Shown in pieces: positions 19,329 through 28,152 of a stretch of DNA of 64,000 nt. Made by a program: the position numbers and the translations under genes. Location: the IMG/VR virus record IMGVR_UViG_3300022602_000038, positions 76,721 through 140,720 of that record. One strand, written 5' to 3'. The notes below the pieces were generated by a model that saw nothing but the letters and a program-made list of their open reading frames with translations, was not told the origin of the DNA and searched no databases. Within the stretch, counting starts at the first letter, position 1. Every line of letters starts with the position of its first letter. The stretch comes from a virus.

Positions 19329-19553
19329 ATGAAATTTCAACAATTAATGGAAAGCTATGGATTAATAAAACAAGAAAAAAGAATGTTTTATCCAAGAGAC
19401 TTTAATTTAACTAAAGATTTTTTAAAAGCATTAACTAAAGAGCTTGAAGTGCAAGAAAAAGCAGGTATTACCCCTGAAAAATTTGCTCATAAATTGAATA
19501 GAGCATTACAGTGGCACATTTCTGATTACAGCGAACGTAAAAAACAAAAGTAA
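19329..19553 (+). CDS. Hypothetical protein (possible internal head protein)
   Basis: 74 aa; TAAGTA at 19308; N-terminus MKFQQLME. Confidence 0.7.
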   Translation: MKFQQLMESYGLIKQEKRMFYPRDFNLTKDFLKALTKELEVQEKAGITPEKFAHKLNRALQWHISDYSERKKQK

Positions 19554-19561
19554 TTAAACAT

Positions 19562-19591
19562 AAAAAAACCCCTACACCGAAGTGAGGGGTT
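19562..19591 (-). terminator. Intrinsic terminator with UUCG loop
   Basis: Minus strand aacccctcac-TTCG-gtgtagggg-T7 after the OMP gene. Confidence 0.85.
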
Positions 19592-19612
19592 AATTTATAT
19601 TGTTCTAACTAA

Positions 19613-20356
19613 TTAGAACTTGAATTTGTAACCAATATTATAACCAGTGATTTGGTTAGCTGAGCTTGTTAAGTCAGTGCGTTGTGCAAATAGATTTGCT
19701 GCAACACCGTGGAACTCAAGTCCAACCCCTGGTTGATAGTATTTCTTAACGCTCTTAAGAGCAGCAATAGTAGCAGCACCTGGATCATTGAAACCAACAA
19801 CTAGTGCTGGAACAACCTTCAGTGCACCGAACGTATTAATTGGTGTATTGACACCGAATTCATAGTTGTTGCTACGATTAATTGTATCGTTAAGGGCGCG
19901 TCCTTGCCAGTTAAGGTGACCACCGAACCAGCTACCACTTAATTTAACAAATGGTAAGAAGTTGTGATTAGCTTGACCAACTGTTTCAGCTGCATTTACG
20001 TGTCTCAACTCAGCACCAAGCGTTAAGTCAGCGAGAGGAGACGTGAACTTGTAACCAGCATCAAGATAAACACGTTTTAAACCAGAAGCATCGGTTGTTG
20101 CAGTTGTTACTGATTTACCAGCAACTACAGCAGTCGAATACGTGGTCGTTGAACTGACTTTATCAAATGCTGTTACAGCAAGATCAATGCCATATACATT
20201 TGTGCCAACACCAGCTGTTGCGTAGTTAGTACCGACTAATAGACCTTGTTGAATTAATTTCGAGGTAAATCCAACGTCTAAGTCGCCGCTAACAGGAGCA
20301 GCTTGTGCAACGATTGCGATTAAGGTTAATGCGAGGAATGTTAATAGTTTCTTCAT
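19613..20356 (-). CDS. Outer-membrane beta-barrel protein (porin-like)
   Basis: Sec signal peptide MKKLLTFLALTLIAIVAQA, alternating beta-strands, C-terminal YNIGYKFKF BAM-type signal; TATAAATA at 20370-20363. Confidence 0.8.
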   Translation of the reverse strand: MKKLLTFLALTLIAIVAQAAPVSGDLDVGFTSKLIQQGLLVGTNYATAGVGTNVYGIDLAVTAFDKVSSTTTYSTAVVAGKSVTTATTDASGLKRVYLDAGYKFTSPLADLTLGAELRHVNAAETVGQANHNFLPFVKLSGSWFGGHLNWQGRALNDTINRSNNYEFGVNTPINTFGALKVVPALVVGFNDPGAATIAALKSVKKYYQPGVGLEFHGVAANLFAQRTDLTSSANQITGYNIGYKFKF

Positions 20357-20380
20357 ACTATATATTTATATAGCCTTGCC

Positions 20381-20419
20381 AAAAAAACCTTAACTTTTTA
20401 ATTTGTTTTTAAGTTAAGG
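20381..20419 (-). terminator. Probable terminator after tRNA-Glu
   Basis: ccttaactt...aagttaagg inverted repeat followed by T7 on the minus strand. Confidence 0.6.
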
Positions 20420-20429
20420 ATATATTAAA

Positions 20430-20504
20430 TGGTACCACCAAGGGGAATCGAACCCCTATTATCGAGATGAAAACCCGGTGTCCTAACCGTTAGACGATGG
20501 CGGC
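20430..20504 (-). tRNA. tRNA-Glu(TTC)
   Basis: gccgcca...tggtggt-A-CCA acceptor, GGTTCGATTCC T-arm, anticodon loop TT-TTC-AT. Confidence 0.9.
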
Positions 20505-20517
20505 ATAAATTTTATAA

Positions 20518-21738
20518 TTACACATTTACAAATTTAGTCAAATCTATTTGATAACCTTTTATATATTCATCAATTACAAAATCATTCATTTTCCAAAAAG
20601 ATGTGGTTGGTTTACCGTTTATAACAGTATTAACAGCCCAACTTTTAAATCTATTACAGTTATTTAGTCTGTTTAAAGCAGCTGGTTTAGCATATTCCCA
20701 AAAAGAACTTTTAATATTATTAGGACCTGCGTAGTTGATTGCTAATAACGATTGTATTGCTTCAATATTGTTTACATACCATTCGTTTATTGCTAATGTA
20801 AGTCTACTATAATCTTCACTCCAATTTAATCTTAATATATAATCAGTCACGTTTTGCATTACATTTGTATAAAAATGTAAAGGTAAGGACATATGTGGCT
20901 CAAAAAAATGAAGTTTATTACCTAAATACAATATTCTATTATCCATTGCATTTTTTTTATAATATTGTTCCCAAGAAAACCGTCTTAACTTAGAAGCATC
21001 AATATTTTTTATTTTTGAAAAATGTTCAATTGCTTCTTCTTCGCTTGTGATATTATTATTATAAAGATATCCCCAAGTTGTTCTATGTTGTAATGGTATA
21101 CTAAACATCCACCCGTTTTTATGTACGTAAGCTCCTGTAAAGTTAAATTTATCTAAATTTTCTTTAATTTCAGGATAAAGAATTACAGAATTTACAACTT
21201 TAAAATCAGGAAACAGATATTCTTTAGAATTTAACTCTTCAGGGGTTGGAGTGCCCATACAATCTATTACAAAATCGTAGTTATATTTATCTTTAACACC
21301 AAAAACTGTCGCCGATCTTTCATCTTGCTTTATATCAATAACAGTGTCATGTATTTCTTTAAAATTATTATATAAAGCAGTTAATCTTTTTAAAGTAAAT
21401 TTACTAAAAGTGTCGCTATTAAAATTTATACCAGGTGCACTACGTACAATAAAATTTTTGCCATTTGCTTCTTCCCAAAAATATCTAACACTCCATTTAG
21501 TCGTACAATCTAATTCCGCACCTTCAGTTACTATATCAAAATTTAAAGCATGATAAAGCAGCTCGTAAATTAAAGATGTACTTGTCTCTCCAACTTGTAC
21601 TGGTGTAATGTTAGGATCGTGTATACAATGCACCTCTAAATTTTTTACTAATTTTTGTTTGGATTTTTTTAAAACTGCAAAAATTTGCAATAAAGCTATA
21701 GCACTTGCAGTGCCGTTACCGATTATACAAATTTTCAT
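20518..21738 (-). CDS. Tryptophan-halogenase-like flavoprotein (short type)
   Basis: IIGNGTAS, VGETS, conserved Lys (TTKW), IDCMG, GWMFSIP, LGNKLHFFEP. Confidence 0.8.
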   Translation of the reverse strand: MKICIIGNGTASAIALLQIFAVLKKSKQKLVKNLEVHCIHDPNITPVQVGETSTSLIYELLYHALNFDIVTEGAELDCTTKWSVRYFWEEANGKNFIVRSAPGINFNSDTFSKFTLKRLTALYNNFKEIHDTVIDIKQDERSATVFGVKDKYNYDFVIDCMGTPTPEELNSKEYLFPDFKVVNSVILYPEIKENLDKFNFTGAYVHKNGWMFSIPLQHRTTWGYLYNNNITSEEEAIEHFSKIKNIDASKLRRFSWEQYYKKNAMDNRILYLGNKLHFFEPHMSLPLHFYTNVMQNVTDYILRLNWSEDYSRLTLAINEWYVNNIEAIQSLLAINYAGPNNIKSSFWEYAKPAALNRLNNCNRFKSWAVNTVINGKPTTSFWKMNDFVIDEYIKGYQIDLTKFVNV

Positions 21739-21739
21739 T

Positions 21740-22924
21740 TTAACAAAAGTCTTTTGGTTCTAGTTTGTACCCATCAAAATAATCTTTTAATATGCTTTCT
21801 GGGTGAGACCAATAAGAGCTTACTATACCGTCCTTATTTTCCAAACACCATAATTTAAAAATTATAGAGCTATTTAATCTTTTTCGAGATTTTTCTAATG
21901 CATAATCCCAAAAAGGGCTTTTGATATTGTTAAGACCTGCGTAATTAATAGCAACCATATCTTGTAATTCTTCTACACTACGCATGTGAAATTGATTCAC
22001 CTTTAAAGAAATAGACTTAGGGTCAGGGTTATTAAAAACCTCTCCAGTAAAAAACATTAACACGTTACCATAATAATGCAGTGGCATTGCCTGGTGCGGT
22101 TCAAAAAAATACAACCTATTACCCAAGTATAATATTCTATTATCCATTGCAAGCTTTTTATAGTATTGTTTCCAAGTGAGTTTTCTTAACTTAGAAGTAT
22201 CAATATCTCTTATTTCTGAAAAATGTTTAATTGCTTCTTCTTCACTTGTAATGGTATTGTTATAAAGATACCCCCAAGTTTTTCTAGTAGTCAAAGGAAT
22301 ACCAAACATCCATCCGTTTTTATGTACATATGCGGAAGTGTATAGCTCGTCTGTTTTTATAGGCTCTGGGTATGCTATTACTGAATTTACAGAAACCCAA
22401 TCTGGTGCTTTATAATCTTTATTTGTTTCCACGTTAGGTGGTGTACCTCTACAATCTATTATATAATCATATTTATATGTATTTTTTTCGCAAGATACAT
22501 ATACATTAGAACCATCTTGAGTAATATTTGTTACGTTATCTTTTATCTTTACAAAGTTATTGAATTTTTTTTCAACTTCATCTATTACATAAAAACTGAA
22601 TTTTTCACTATTTATATGAAATCCAGGCTCATTATGGCGTACTGTAAAATTATTACCATTTGCCTCTTCCCAGAAATACTTTGCACACCATTTAAGTGTA
22701 CCATCAAACTTTGGTGCATCTCTTAATATGTCATAGTCTAAAACATTAAAGAGCGCTTTATTAACTAATCTTGAAGTGCTTTCTCCAACTTGAGTGGTAG
22801 AAATGTTAGGGTTATATATACAATGAATTTCAGCGTTTTTTAGTTTATTGAGTTTAATTTTTTCAAACAACCACAATAAAGAAAAAGCCCCTGCTGTACC
22901 TGCTCCTATTACACATATTCTCAT
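21740..22924 (-). CDS. Tryptophan-halogenase-like flavoprotein (short type), tandem paralogue
   Basis: VIGAGTAG, VGEST, TLKW, IDCRG, GWMFGIP, LGNRLYFFEP. Confidence 0.8.
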   Translation of the reverse strand: MRICVIGAGTAGAFSLLWLFEKIKLNKLKNAEIHCIYNPNISTTQVGESTSRLVNKALFNVLDYDILRDAPKFDGTLKWCAKYFWEEANGNNFTVRHNEPGFHINSEKFSFYVIDEVEKKFNNFVKIKDNVTNITQDGSNVYVSCEKNTYKYDYIIDCRGTPPNVETNKDYKAPDWVSVNSVIAYPEPIKTDELYTSAYVHKNGWMFGIPLTTRKTWGYLYNNTITSEEEAIKHFSEIRDIDTSKLRKLTWKQYYKKLAMDNRILYLGNRLYFFEPHQAMPLHYYGNVLMFFTGEVFNNPDPKSISLKVNQFHMRSVEELQDMVAINYAGLNNIKSPFWDYALEKSRKRLNSSIIFKLWCLENKDGIVSSYWSHPESILKDYFDGYKLEPKDFC

Positions 22925-22955
22925 AAAAACTATTTACTAAAGATTTATATTATTC

Positions 22956-22991
22956 AATAAAGAACCCGGCTTGAAGAAATCCAAGCCGGGT
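22956..22991 (-). terminator. Intrinsic terminator
   Basis: acccggcttg...caagccgggt 10-bp stem with T-rich tail on the minus strand. Confidence 0.75.
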
Positions 22992-23012
22992 GTAGTTTAC
23001 TAGCTTATAATA

Positions 23013-23198
23013 TTAAAAGAGATGTTGATGAGGTGCTGAAATAGCTTCTTTCCAAACTATTACTGCTTTACCCCACATCTTTTTAATACTTTCAACGAAC
23101 TTTAACTTTGTCTTACTGTTACCTATCTTATAGTCCTCGTATGCGAGTCTAACAAGACCACCAACAGCAAGATAACTTGTTATGATTATTGCTTGCAT
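23013..23198 (-). CDS. Small hypothetical protein (61 aa)
   Basis: Has its own promoter, structured leader and terminator. Confidence 0.65.
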   Translation of the reverse strand: MQAIIITSYLAVGGLVRLAYEDYKIGNSKTKLKFVESIKKMWGKAVIVWKEAISAPHQHLF

Positions 23199-23343
23199 AT
23201 GTGTTGTTTTGTTGAGAACCGCAGCCCGGAGGCTTTGGTTGTTGTGCTAGATGTTGTCACTAGCACAAATATTTACTCAAGATTTTCCTATAACAATAAA
23301 AATATCCATAGGAATAAACTATCACTTCTATTTGGATGATAAA

Positions 23344-23419
<76 letters not shown>

Positions 23420-23451
23420 TAAATTTGTAATACATTTACAAATATGCAAAA

Positions 23452-23536
23452 TGGTGGGTACACTTGGACTCGAACCAAGGAAGCTGTGAAGCAGCAGATT
23501 TACAGTCTGCCGTAATTGCCGCTATACGATATACCC
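23452..23536 (-). tRNA. tRNA-Tyr(GTA)
   Basis: gcaga-CTGTAAA-tctgc anticodon arm, long variable arm, GGTTCGAGTCC, ACCA end. Confidence 0.95.
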
Positions 23537-23548
23537 AAAAAAAATGTA

Positions 23549-23652
23549 ACGGCTATAGGTTGCAAGCTCGAGTGCCAATTCGTTGATACCGTAAACAGAA
23601 AGGTGAAAAAAGTTTACATCCTTGATCCCTATAGTGTCACCTTAACAGCCGT
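23549..23652 (-). ncRNA. Unassigned structured RNA between tmRNA and tRNA-Tyr
   Basis: Closing helix acggc+ctatagg / cctata-gccgt, internal gtaaac/gtttac hairpin, 7-nt AAGGTGA/TCACCTT long-range pairing, followed by a U tract. Confidence 0.6.
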
Positions 23653-23656
23653 AAAA

Positions 23657-24039
23657 TGGTGGACCTGAGGGGAGTTGCACCCCTGTGTTCCGTAACGTTC
23701 TTACCAGTTTCTACAAGCTTAGCACTATTATTAAAGTGTATACCCATAGTGCTGATATACAAGTTGTTTGGTAGTGTTCCTGCTATTCTACTACCATTGA
23801 ACAGTCAGTCTCGCTGAATGACGATTACAATATATAGCGAGAATCTATACTATAACCGATCGAGCTTAAGCAGCTGCGAGTGCGAAGCTTTCGCTGAATG
23901 AAAGAGATTCTTTCACAGAAGCGACTGCGTTCTTGAGGCTTTGAATAATGCCGGTTGTTTTTGTAGTAATTTATAAAGGATTTACTAATCCTGCTTGCTT
24001 CTAATACATCTGCCACAGAGTCGAATCTGGTACAGGCCC
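23657..24039 (-). ncRNA. ssrA: tmRNA
   Basis: 5' GGGCCTG...GATTCGAC; 3' T-arm and CAGGTCC-A-CCA with G3:U70; internal tag ORF ending FALAAA-stop. Confidence 0.95.
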
Positions 24040-24083
24040 ATTAAAATATGTTAAAGAACAGTAAGTAATATAATATATTTACA

Positions 24084-24497
24084 ATGAATAGCAACTTAAA
24101 AGTACTATCAGAACAATATCAATTAATGATTGAAAAACGCGTTCAACCTGATCCAACTACAGAAGAATCTCTTATACAGTTTTTAGATAAAAGAGCTGCA
24201 GGAGCTGCTAAGATTGCACACAGTGCTAAGGAAAAAGGCGGTTTTAGTACATTAACCGCTATTCACTTTGCAGCAAAAGCTAAACCTTATGCAGAGTGTG
24301 AAAAAATGGAAAACGCTCCTAATAAAGATTGCGATAGAGCCAACGCTCATTATAAGAAAAAAGCTGAAGAGTTACACACAAAACTAGCAGATTTAGATAA
24401 ACTAACTCAAAAAGAGTTTCAAGCTCTTATGGGTGAGTTAGAAGTTTACGGGGAAGTCTATATACGCGCTACAAAGCCAAACAGCTTAAAGATTTAA
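24084..24497 (+). CDS. Hypothetical protein (possible internal head protein)
   Basis: 137 aa; TAAGTA at 24062; N-terminal LSEQY...MIE. Confidence 0.7.
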   Translation: MNSNLKVLSEQYQLMIEKRVQPDPTTEESLIQFLDKRAAGAAKIAHSAKEKGGFSTLTAIHFAAKAKPYAECEKMENAPNKDCDRANAHYKKKAEELHTKLADLDKLTQKEFQALMGELEVYGEVYIRATKPNSLKI

Positions 24498-24907
24498 AAA
24501 GTAAATTCGTAATCTTTAGCGTATTTTGTATTTTTAGTTTGCTTATTTTTTAGTTCTCTTACTCTTAAGCATAAGCTTTGTTTTGTATTTTTTAATACAT
24601 TGAGCGGTATATTATAAAACATATCTGTATCTGGGCAATACACAATAAACAAATCAACGTTCTTGTCACTGTACACAATACGGGTTTTACTTTTATTGTT
24701 TTGTTGTTTGATTTTACTAATGCCTTTTATTGTACCATCAACAAGTTTACGCGATTTAATCTGTACCCGTTTATAAGAATTATTATATCTCACGAGGAGA
24801 TCGTGTTGTAAGCCGCTGTTAATAACGTTACAAACTTCTATATTATTTTTAATACATAGAAGTATAAATTTTTGTTCAGCAATATCTCCAATAACTCTTC
24901 GATCCAT
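24494..24907 (-). CDS. Free-standing PD-(D/E)XK endonuclease (group I intron-associated type)
   Basis: GDIAE...HDLLV...RVQIKS...Y....VDLFIVY motif. Confidence 0.8.
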   Translation of the reverse strand: MDRRVIGDIAEQKFILLCIKNNIEVCNVINSGLQHDLLVRYNNSYKRVQIKSRKLVDGTIKGISKIKQQNNKSKTRIVYSDKNVDLFIVYCPDTDMFYNIPLNVLKNTKQSLCLRVRELKNKQTKNTKYAKDYEFTF

Positions 24908-24912
24908 ACTAT

Positions 24913-26499
24913 TTAATATCTTTCAGAAAGATAAGAAAGAAGTGTTTTGTGATTGATTAAAGATGATCTTACAAGTTGAATATTTTTTATATATTTTTGT
25001 AATTGAGCTTTATATCTTATTTTTCTAATACCTATATTAAATGAGTCAAAAGCTTCTTTTGCTTTTTGACAGTCATAAAAATTAATACCTGTACCTACTT
25101 GCAACCAACTGTCTATAGTAAAGTATATATTATTTATACCACTCTCTGTTACGTTAGATAATATTAATGCGTCGTTATTATCAAGAAGTTTTTGTACCAT
25201 TTCAGGTGCTTTATTATTTGTATTAAAATTTGCCCAAAAAGGTGTATCCGTTCTTTCAGTTAAATAATGAAAATAGATGAAATTTAAAATCTCTTGATTT
25301 AGTTTTAATACAGAATCGTTGTAGGATTTCATTTGATACGGGTCAGAGAATATTAAACCTCTTATATGTTGAGAAAAATATCTTAAAGACGATATGGTAA
25401 CCCATATAGATGTAGCTTCAAGTGGTTCTATAAAACCAGCTGCAAGCCCAATAGCGACACAGTTTTTTATCCAGGGGGTTTCGTATTGACCAGCTTCAAA
25501 TGTGAACTGCCTGTTTATAACCGTATCTGTTCCTGTATATTCATCAATTTCTTTTTTAATACTCTCGTCATCAATCTGATTACTATCAAATACATACCCG
25601 CACCCATATCTATCCTGTAAAGGTATTTTCCACATCCAACCATATTTCATAGCTATAGCTTCTGTGTATGGTGGTATTTCACCATTTTTAATTGGTGAAA
25701 AAAACGTCATACTTTTATTTACAGGTAAATATTCTTTATAACTTTTCCAGTTATTATTAAAAAAATCCCCTATAATTTTACGTTTAAAACCTGAACAATC
25801 AAAGACAAAATCACACCTTATTGTAGGGTCTGCATTTATTAATGTTAAAGAAGTTATATTACCTTCTTTATCGGTATTTATTTTACTTACCGTGCTTTCA
25901 ATTACTTTAATATTTCTTGCTTTACCTACAAATTTTAAAAAATCTGCAAGCATAACTGCATTAAAATGTAATGCATATGGTCCTAAGATATCAAAATGAT
26001 ATGTATTATCTTGAGTTTTGTTTTCAATATTACTGCTTACTACGAATTTTGTTGTGTAATCTTCACAAGTAATATATGTAAGGTCTATTTTATTTAAAGG
26101 CTCTCTGTTTGCTATTCTTTCTAAAGCTTCTAATGATAATATACTTTGACCTATAGTTGTATTTTGATTATAATTTACACTATAATTATCTGTACTGAAT
26201 CCGTGATAGTAATATTTATTATCGCCGTTCCAGTTGGTAAATTTAATACCGTTTTTTATAGTACCACCAGCGTGCTTTACAATATCACTTGCTGAAATGT
26301 TTAACTCTTGTAAAAAATTTACTAAATGTGGTGTTGAACCTTCTCCGGCTCCTAGAATTCCTATTTCAGAGCTTTCTATAAGCGTTATACTTACATTTGG
26401 GTATTCTTTACGTAAAAATAAAGCTGTCAACCAGCCTGATGTACCACCTCCAACTACTACAAATTTGTAATCTTTACTGTCAAGGTTATTAAAGGCCAT
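24913..26499 (-). CDS. Flavin-dependent halogenase (PrnA/tryptophan halogenase family)
   Basis: GGGTSG, GAGEGSTP, IKNGI (catalytic Lys), DCSGF, GWMWKIP, GFIEPLEATSI. Confidence 0.9.
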   Translation of the reverse strand: MAFNNLDSKDYKFVVVGGGTSGWLTALFLRKEYPNVSITLIESSEIGILGAGEGSTPHLVNFLQELNISASDIVKHAGGTIKNGIKFTNWNGDNKYYYHGFSTDNYSVNYNQNTTIGQSILSLEALERIANREPLNKIDLTYITCEDYTTKFVVSSNIENKTQDNTYHFDILGPYALHFNAVMLADFLKFVGKARNIKVIESTVSKINTDKEGNITSLTLINADPTIRCDFVFDCSGFKRKIIGDFFNNNWKSYKEYLPVNKSMTFFSPIKNGEIPPYTEAIAMKYGWMWKIPLQDRYGCGYVFDSNQIDDESIKKEIDEYTGTDTVINRQFTFEAGQYETPWIKNCVAIGLAAGFIEPLEATSIWVTISSLRYFSQHIRGLIFSDPYQMKSYNDSVLKLNQEILNFIYFHYLTERTDTPFWANFNTNNKAPEMVQKLLDNNDALILSNVTESGINNIYFTIDSWLQVGTGINFYDCQKAKEAFDSFNIGIRKIRYKAQLQKYIKNIQLVRSSLINHKTLLSYLSERY

Positions 26500-26539
26500 A
26501 CTAATATTTTAGTATGAACTCAATAAAAATCAATTACAA

Positions 26540-26854
26540 TTACATTCCTACCTCTTCGTCTTTAGCTAAAGCAGCTTCAACATCTTGTAGCATGTCTGCT
26601 GCTTCAGTAATATGAGTTACCATCCAAGCATGTAAAGGAGCTTCTGGACTTAAATTTTTAAGCATTTCAGCTAATCTAGGCGCAACTTCAGCAGCTTGCA
26701 TTGCTTTAGTTAAAGCCATGTCGACATTATGAGTACTTTTCGTTCCGTCATGATGTACAGGTACATCTGTAATTTCAATAGCTTCTTCTCCAACTGGAGT
26801 TTCATTAACTAAAGAATATTTTTCGGATAAAATTTTATAAGCATTACGTGACAT
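26540..26854 (-). CDS. Hypothetical acidic protein (possible internal head protein)
   Basis: Start revised to MSRNAYKILSEKY, 8 nt after TATAAATA (26870-26863). Confidence 0.65.
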   Translation of the reverse strand: MSRNAYKILSEKYSLVNETPVGEEAIEITDVPVHHDGTKSTHNVDMALTKAMQAAEVAPRLAEMLKNLSPEAPLHAWMVTHITEAADMLQDVEAALAKDEEVGM

Positions 26855-26922
26855 ATATATTATATTTATATAATCCGTGCAGGAAAATTGCATTTAGCTA
26901 AATATATGTTATATTATATGTT

Positions 26923-27492
26923 ATGGGAATGTACGATACAATAACAGTTAAAGATAAACTACCTTGGACTGATGAAATGTGGGAAGAGGGATTACCTAAC
27001 AATTGTAATGAATTTCAAATTAAAGGATTAATAGAGGGATTAGCTAATTACAAGATTGAAAATGGTAAACTGTTATTACAAAAGTTTAAAGAAGTAAAAC
27101 TAGTAGATACAGAAACCTGTAATGGTTGGAGTAGTGCATTACAACGTTCCGGGGAGTATTGGGAAGATCAAAACTACCACGGTAAGCTTAGTTTTTATGA
27201 TTATGTACCAAACGAAAAGATCGGCAATAATGATTGCTGGGTAGAATTTACAGCAACTTTCACTAACGGTCAGATTGATAAAATTGAAGTGTCTAAGTTT
27301 GAAAAAAACGATAACACTGAACGCATCGAAAAGTGGAATGAAATAACTAACGAATTACGTCGAAATAACAAACGGTGGATTAACAAATACTTCAATCATA
27401 CAAAACCTATACGTTGGTTTCGTAGATGGGTATGGTATGAGCTTTGGTATAGGGCTGGTCAGTTTTGCAATAAAATGCAAATCTTATGGTAA
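26923..27492 (+). CDS. Hypothetical phage protein (MGMYD.I type)
   Basis: MGMYDTI...FQ.K.L...W.EF.A.F.NG pattern familiar from phage hypotheticals. Confidence 0.7.
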   Translation: MGMYDTITVKDKLPWTDEMWEEGLPNNCNEFQIKGLIEGLANYKIENGKLLLQKFKEVKLVDTETCNGWSSALQRSGEYWEDQNYHGKLSFYDYVPNEKIGNNDCWVEFTATFTNGQIDKIEVSKFEKNDNTERIEKWNEITNELRRNNKRWINKYFNHTKPIRWFRRWVWYELWYRAGQFCNKMQILW

Positions 27493-28152
27493 TTAACCTT
27501 TAATGCAATGAGCTACTAATAGCCCGTTCCACCACCCTAGCTTATCACCGAATGTCATTGGTCCGCTTGGACCTTGAATAACTGTAGTATCAGCTACTAT
27601 TTGTTTATGATACTGTATAGATATATTGTTATCTCTTAAAGCATCCATAGTACCTCTTTGAACTTCCTCCCAGTTATAGTCATCTACTATCAATATAAAC
27701 TCTTTAGCTAAACTATTGTAATAATGAGCAATAGCTTTGTATTGTGAATCATAGCTATGCTCTCCATCATAAAAATATGTATTGATATCTTTAATACCGA
27801 AGTCTAACGGGTTAATTGCAAAGCAATCAGCATCCAAAAAATTAGCTCTATTGTCATAGTCTAATAATCGTCTAGTGTTTTTATGAAATTCTAATCGAGG
27901 ACCGGTAAATTGAGTAAAGTTATCTATTGCGATATGATAAGCAGGAGTGTTTTTATATAACGCAGATATTAATGTAGATCCTTTCCATGTACCTATTTCC
28001 AGGTAAGAAGTTTCTTGATTAATAATATTATTAAAAAAATGCCTTGTTTTATTACCAGACATTCCTTCTAAAGTTAATATTTCTGAAGTTAATTTGGATT
28101 CTTGAGCTTCAGCTTTTTTAACCGCTTGTATAATTGTTTCAGTAAAATTCAT
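27493..28152 (-). CDS. Class I SAM methyltransferase (Methyltransf_24-like)
   Basis: YLEIGTWKGS, FYDGEHSY, LIVDDYNW. Confidence 0.85.
   Translation of the reverse strand: MNFTETIIQAVKKAEAQESKLTSEILTLEGMSGNKTRHFFNNIINQETSYLEIGTWKGSTLISALYKNTPAYHIAIDNFTQFTGPRLEFHKNTRRLLDYDNRANFLDADCFAINPLDFGIKDINTYFYDGEHSYDSQYKAIAHYYNSLAKEFILIVDDYNWEEVQRGTMDALRDNNISIQYHKQIVADTTVIQGPSGPMTFGDKLGWWNGLLVAHCIKG

Noticed and set aside
23199-23270. preQ1 riboswitch in the structured leader
   Set aside because: No preQ1-I consensus, and the downstream gene is unrelated to queuosine
23549-23652. Theta/HDV-like ribozyme or extra tRNA after tmRNA
   Set aside because: The 5' end pairs with the extreme 3' end, unlike HDV topology; no cloverleaf or CCA; kept as an unassigned RNA
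23825-24016. 63-aa ORF in the ORF track
   Set aside because: Lies entirely inside the tmRNA in a different frame from the tag; incidental
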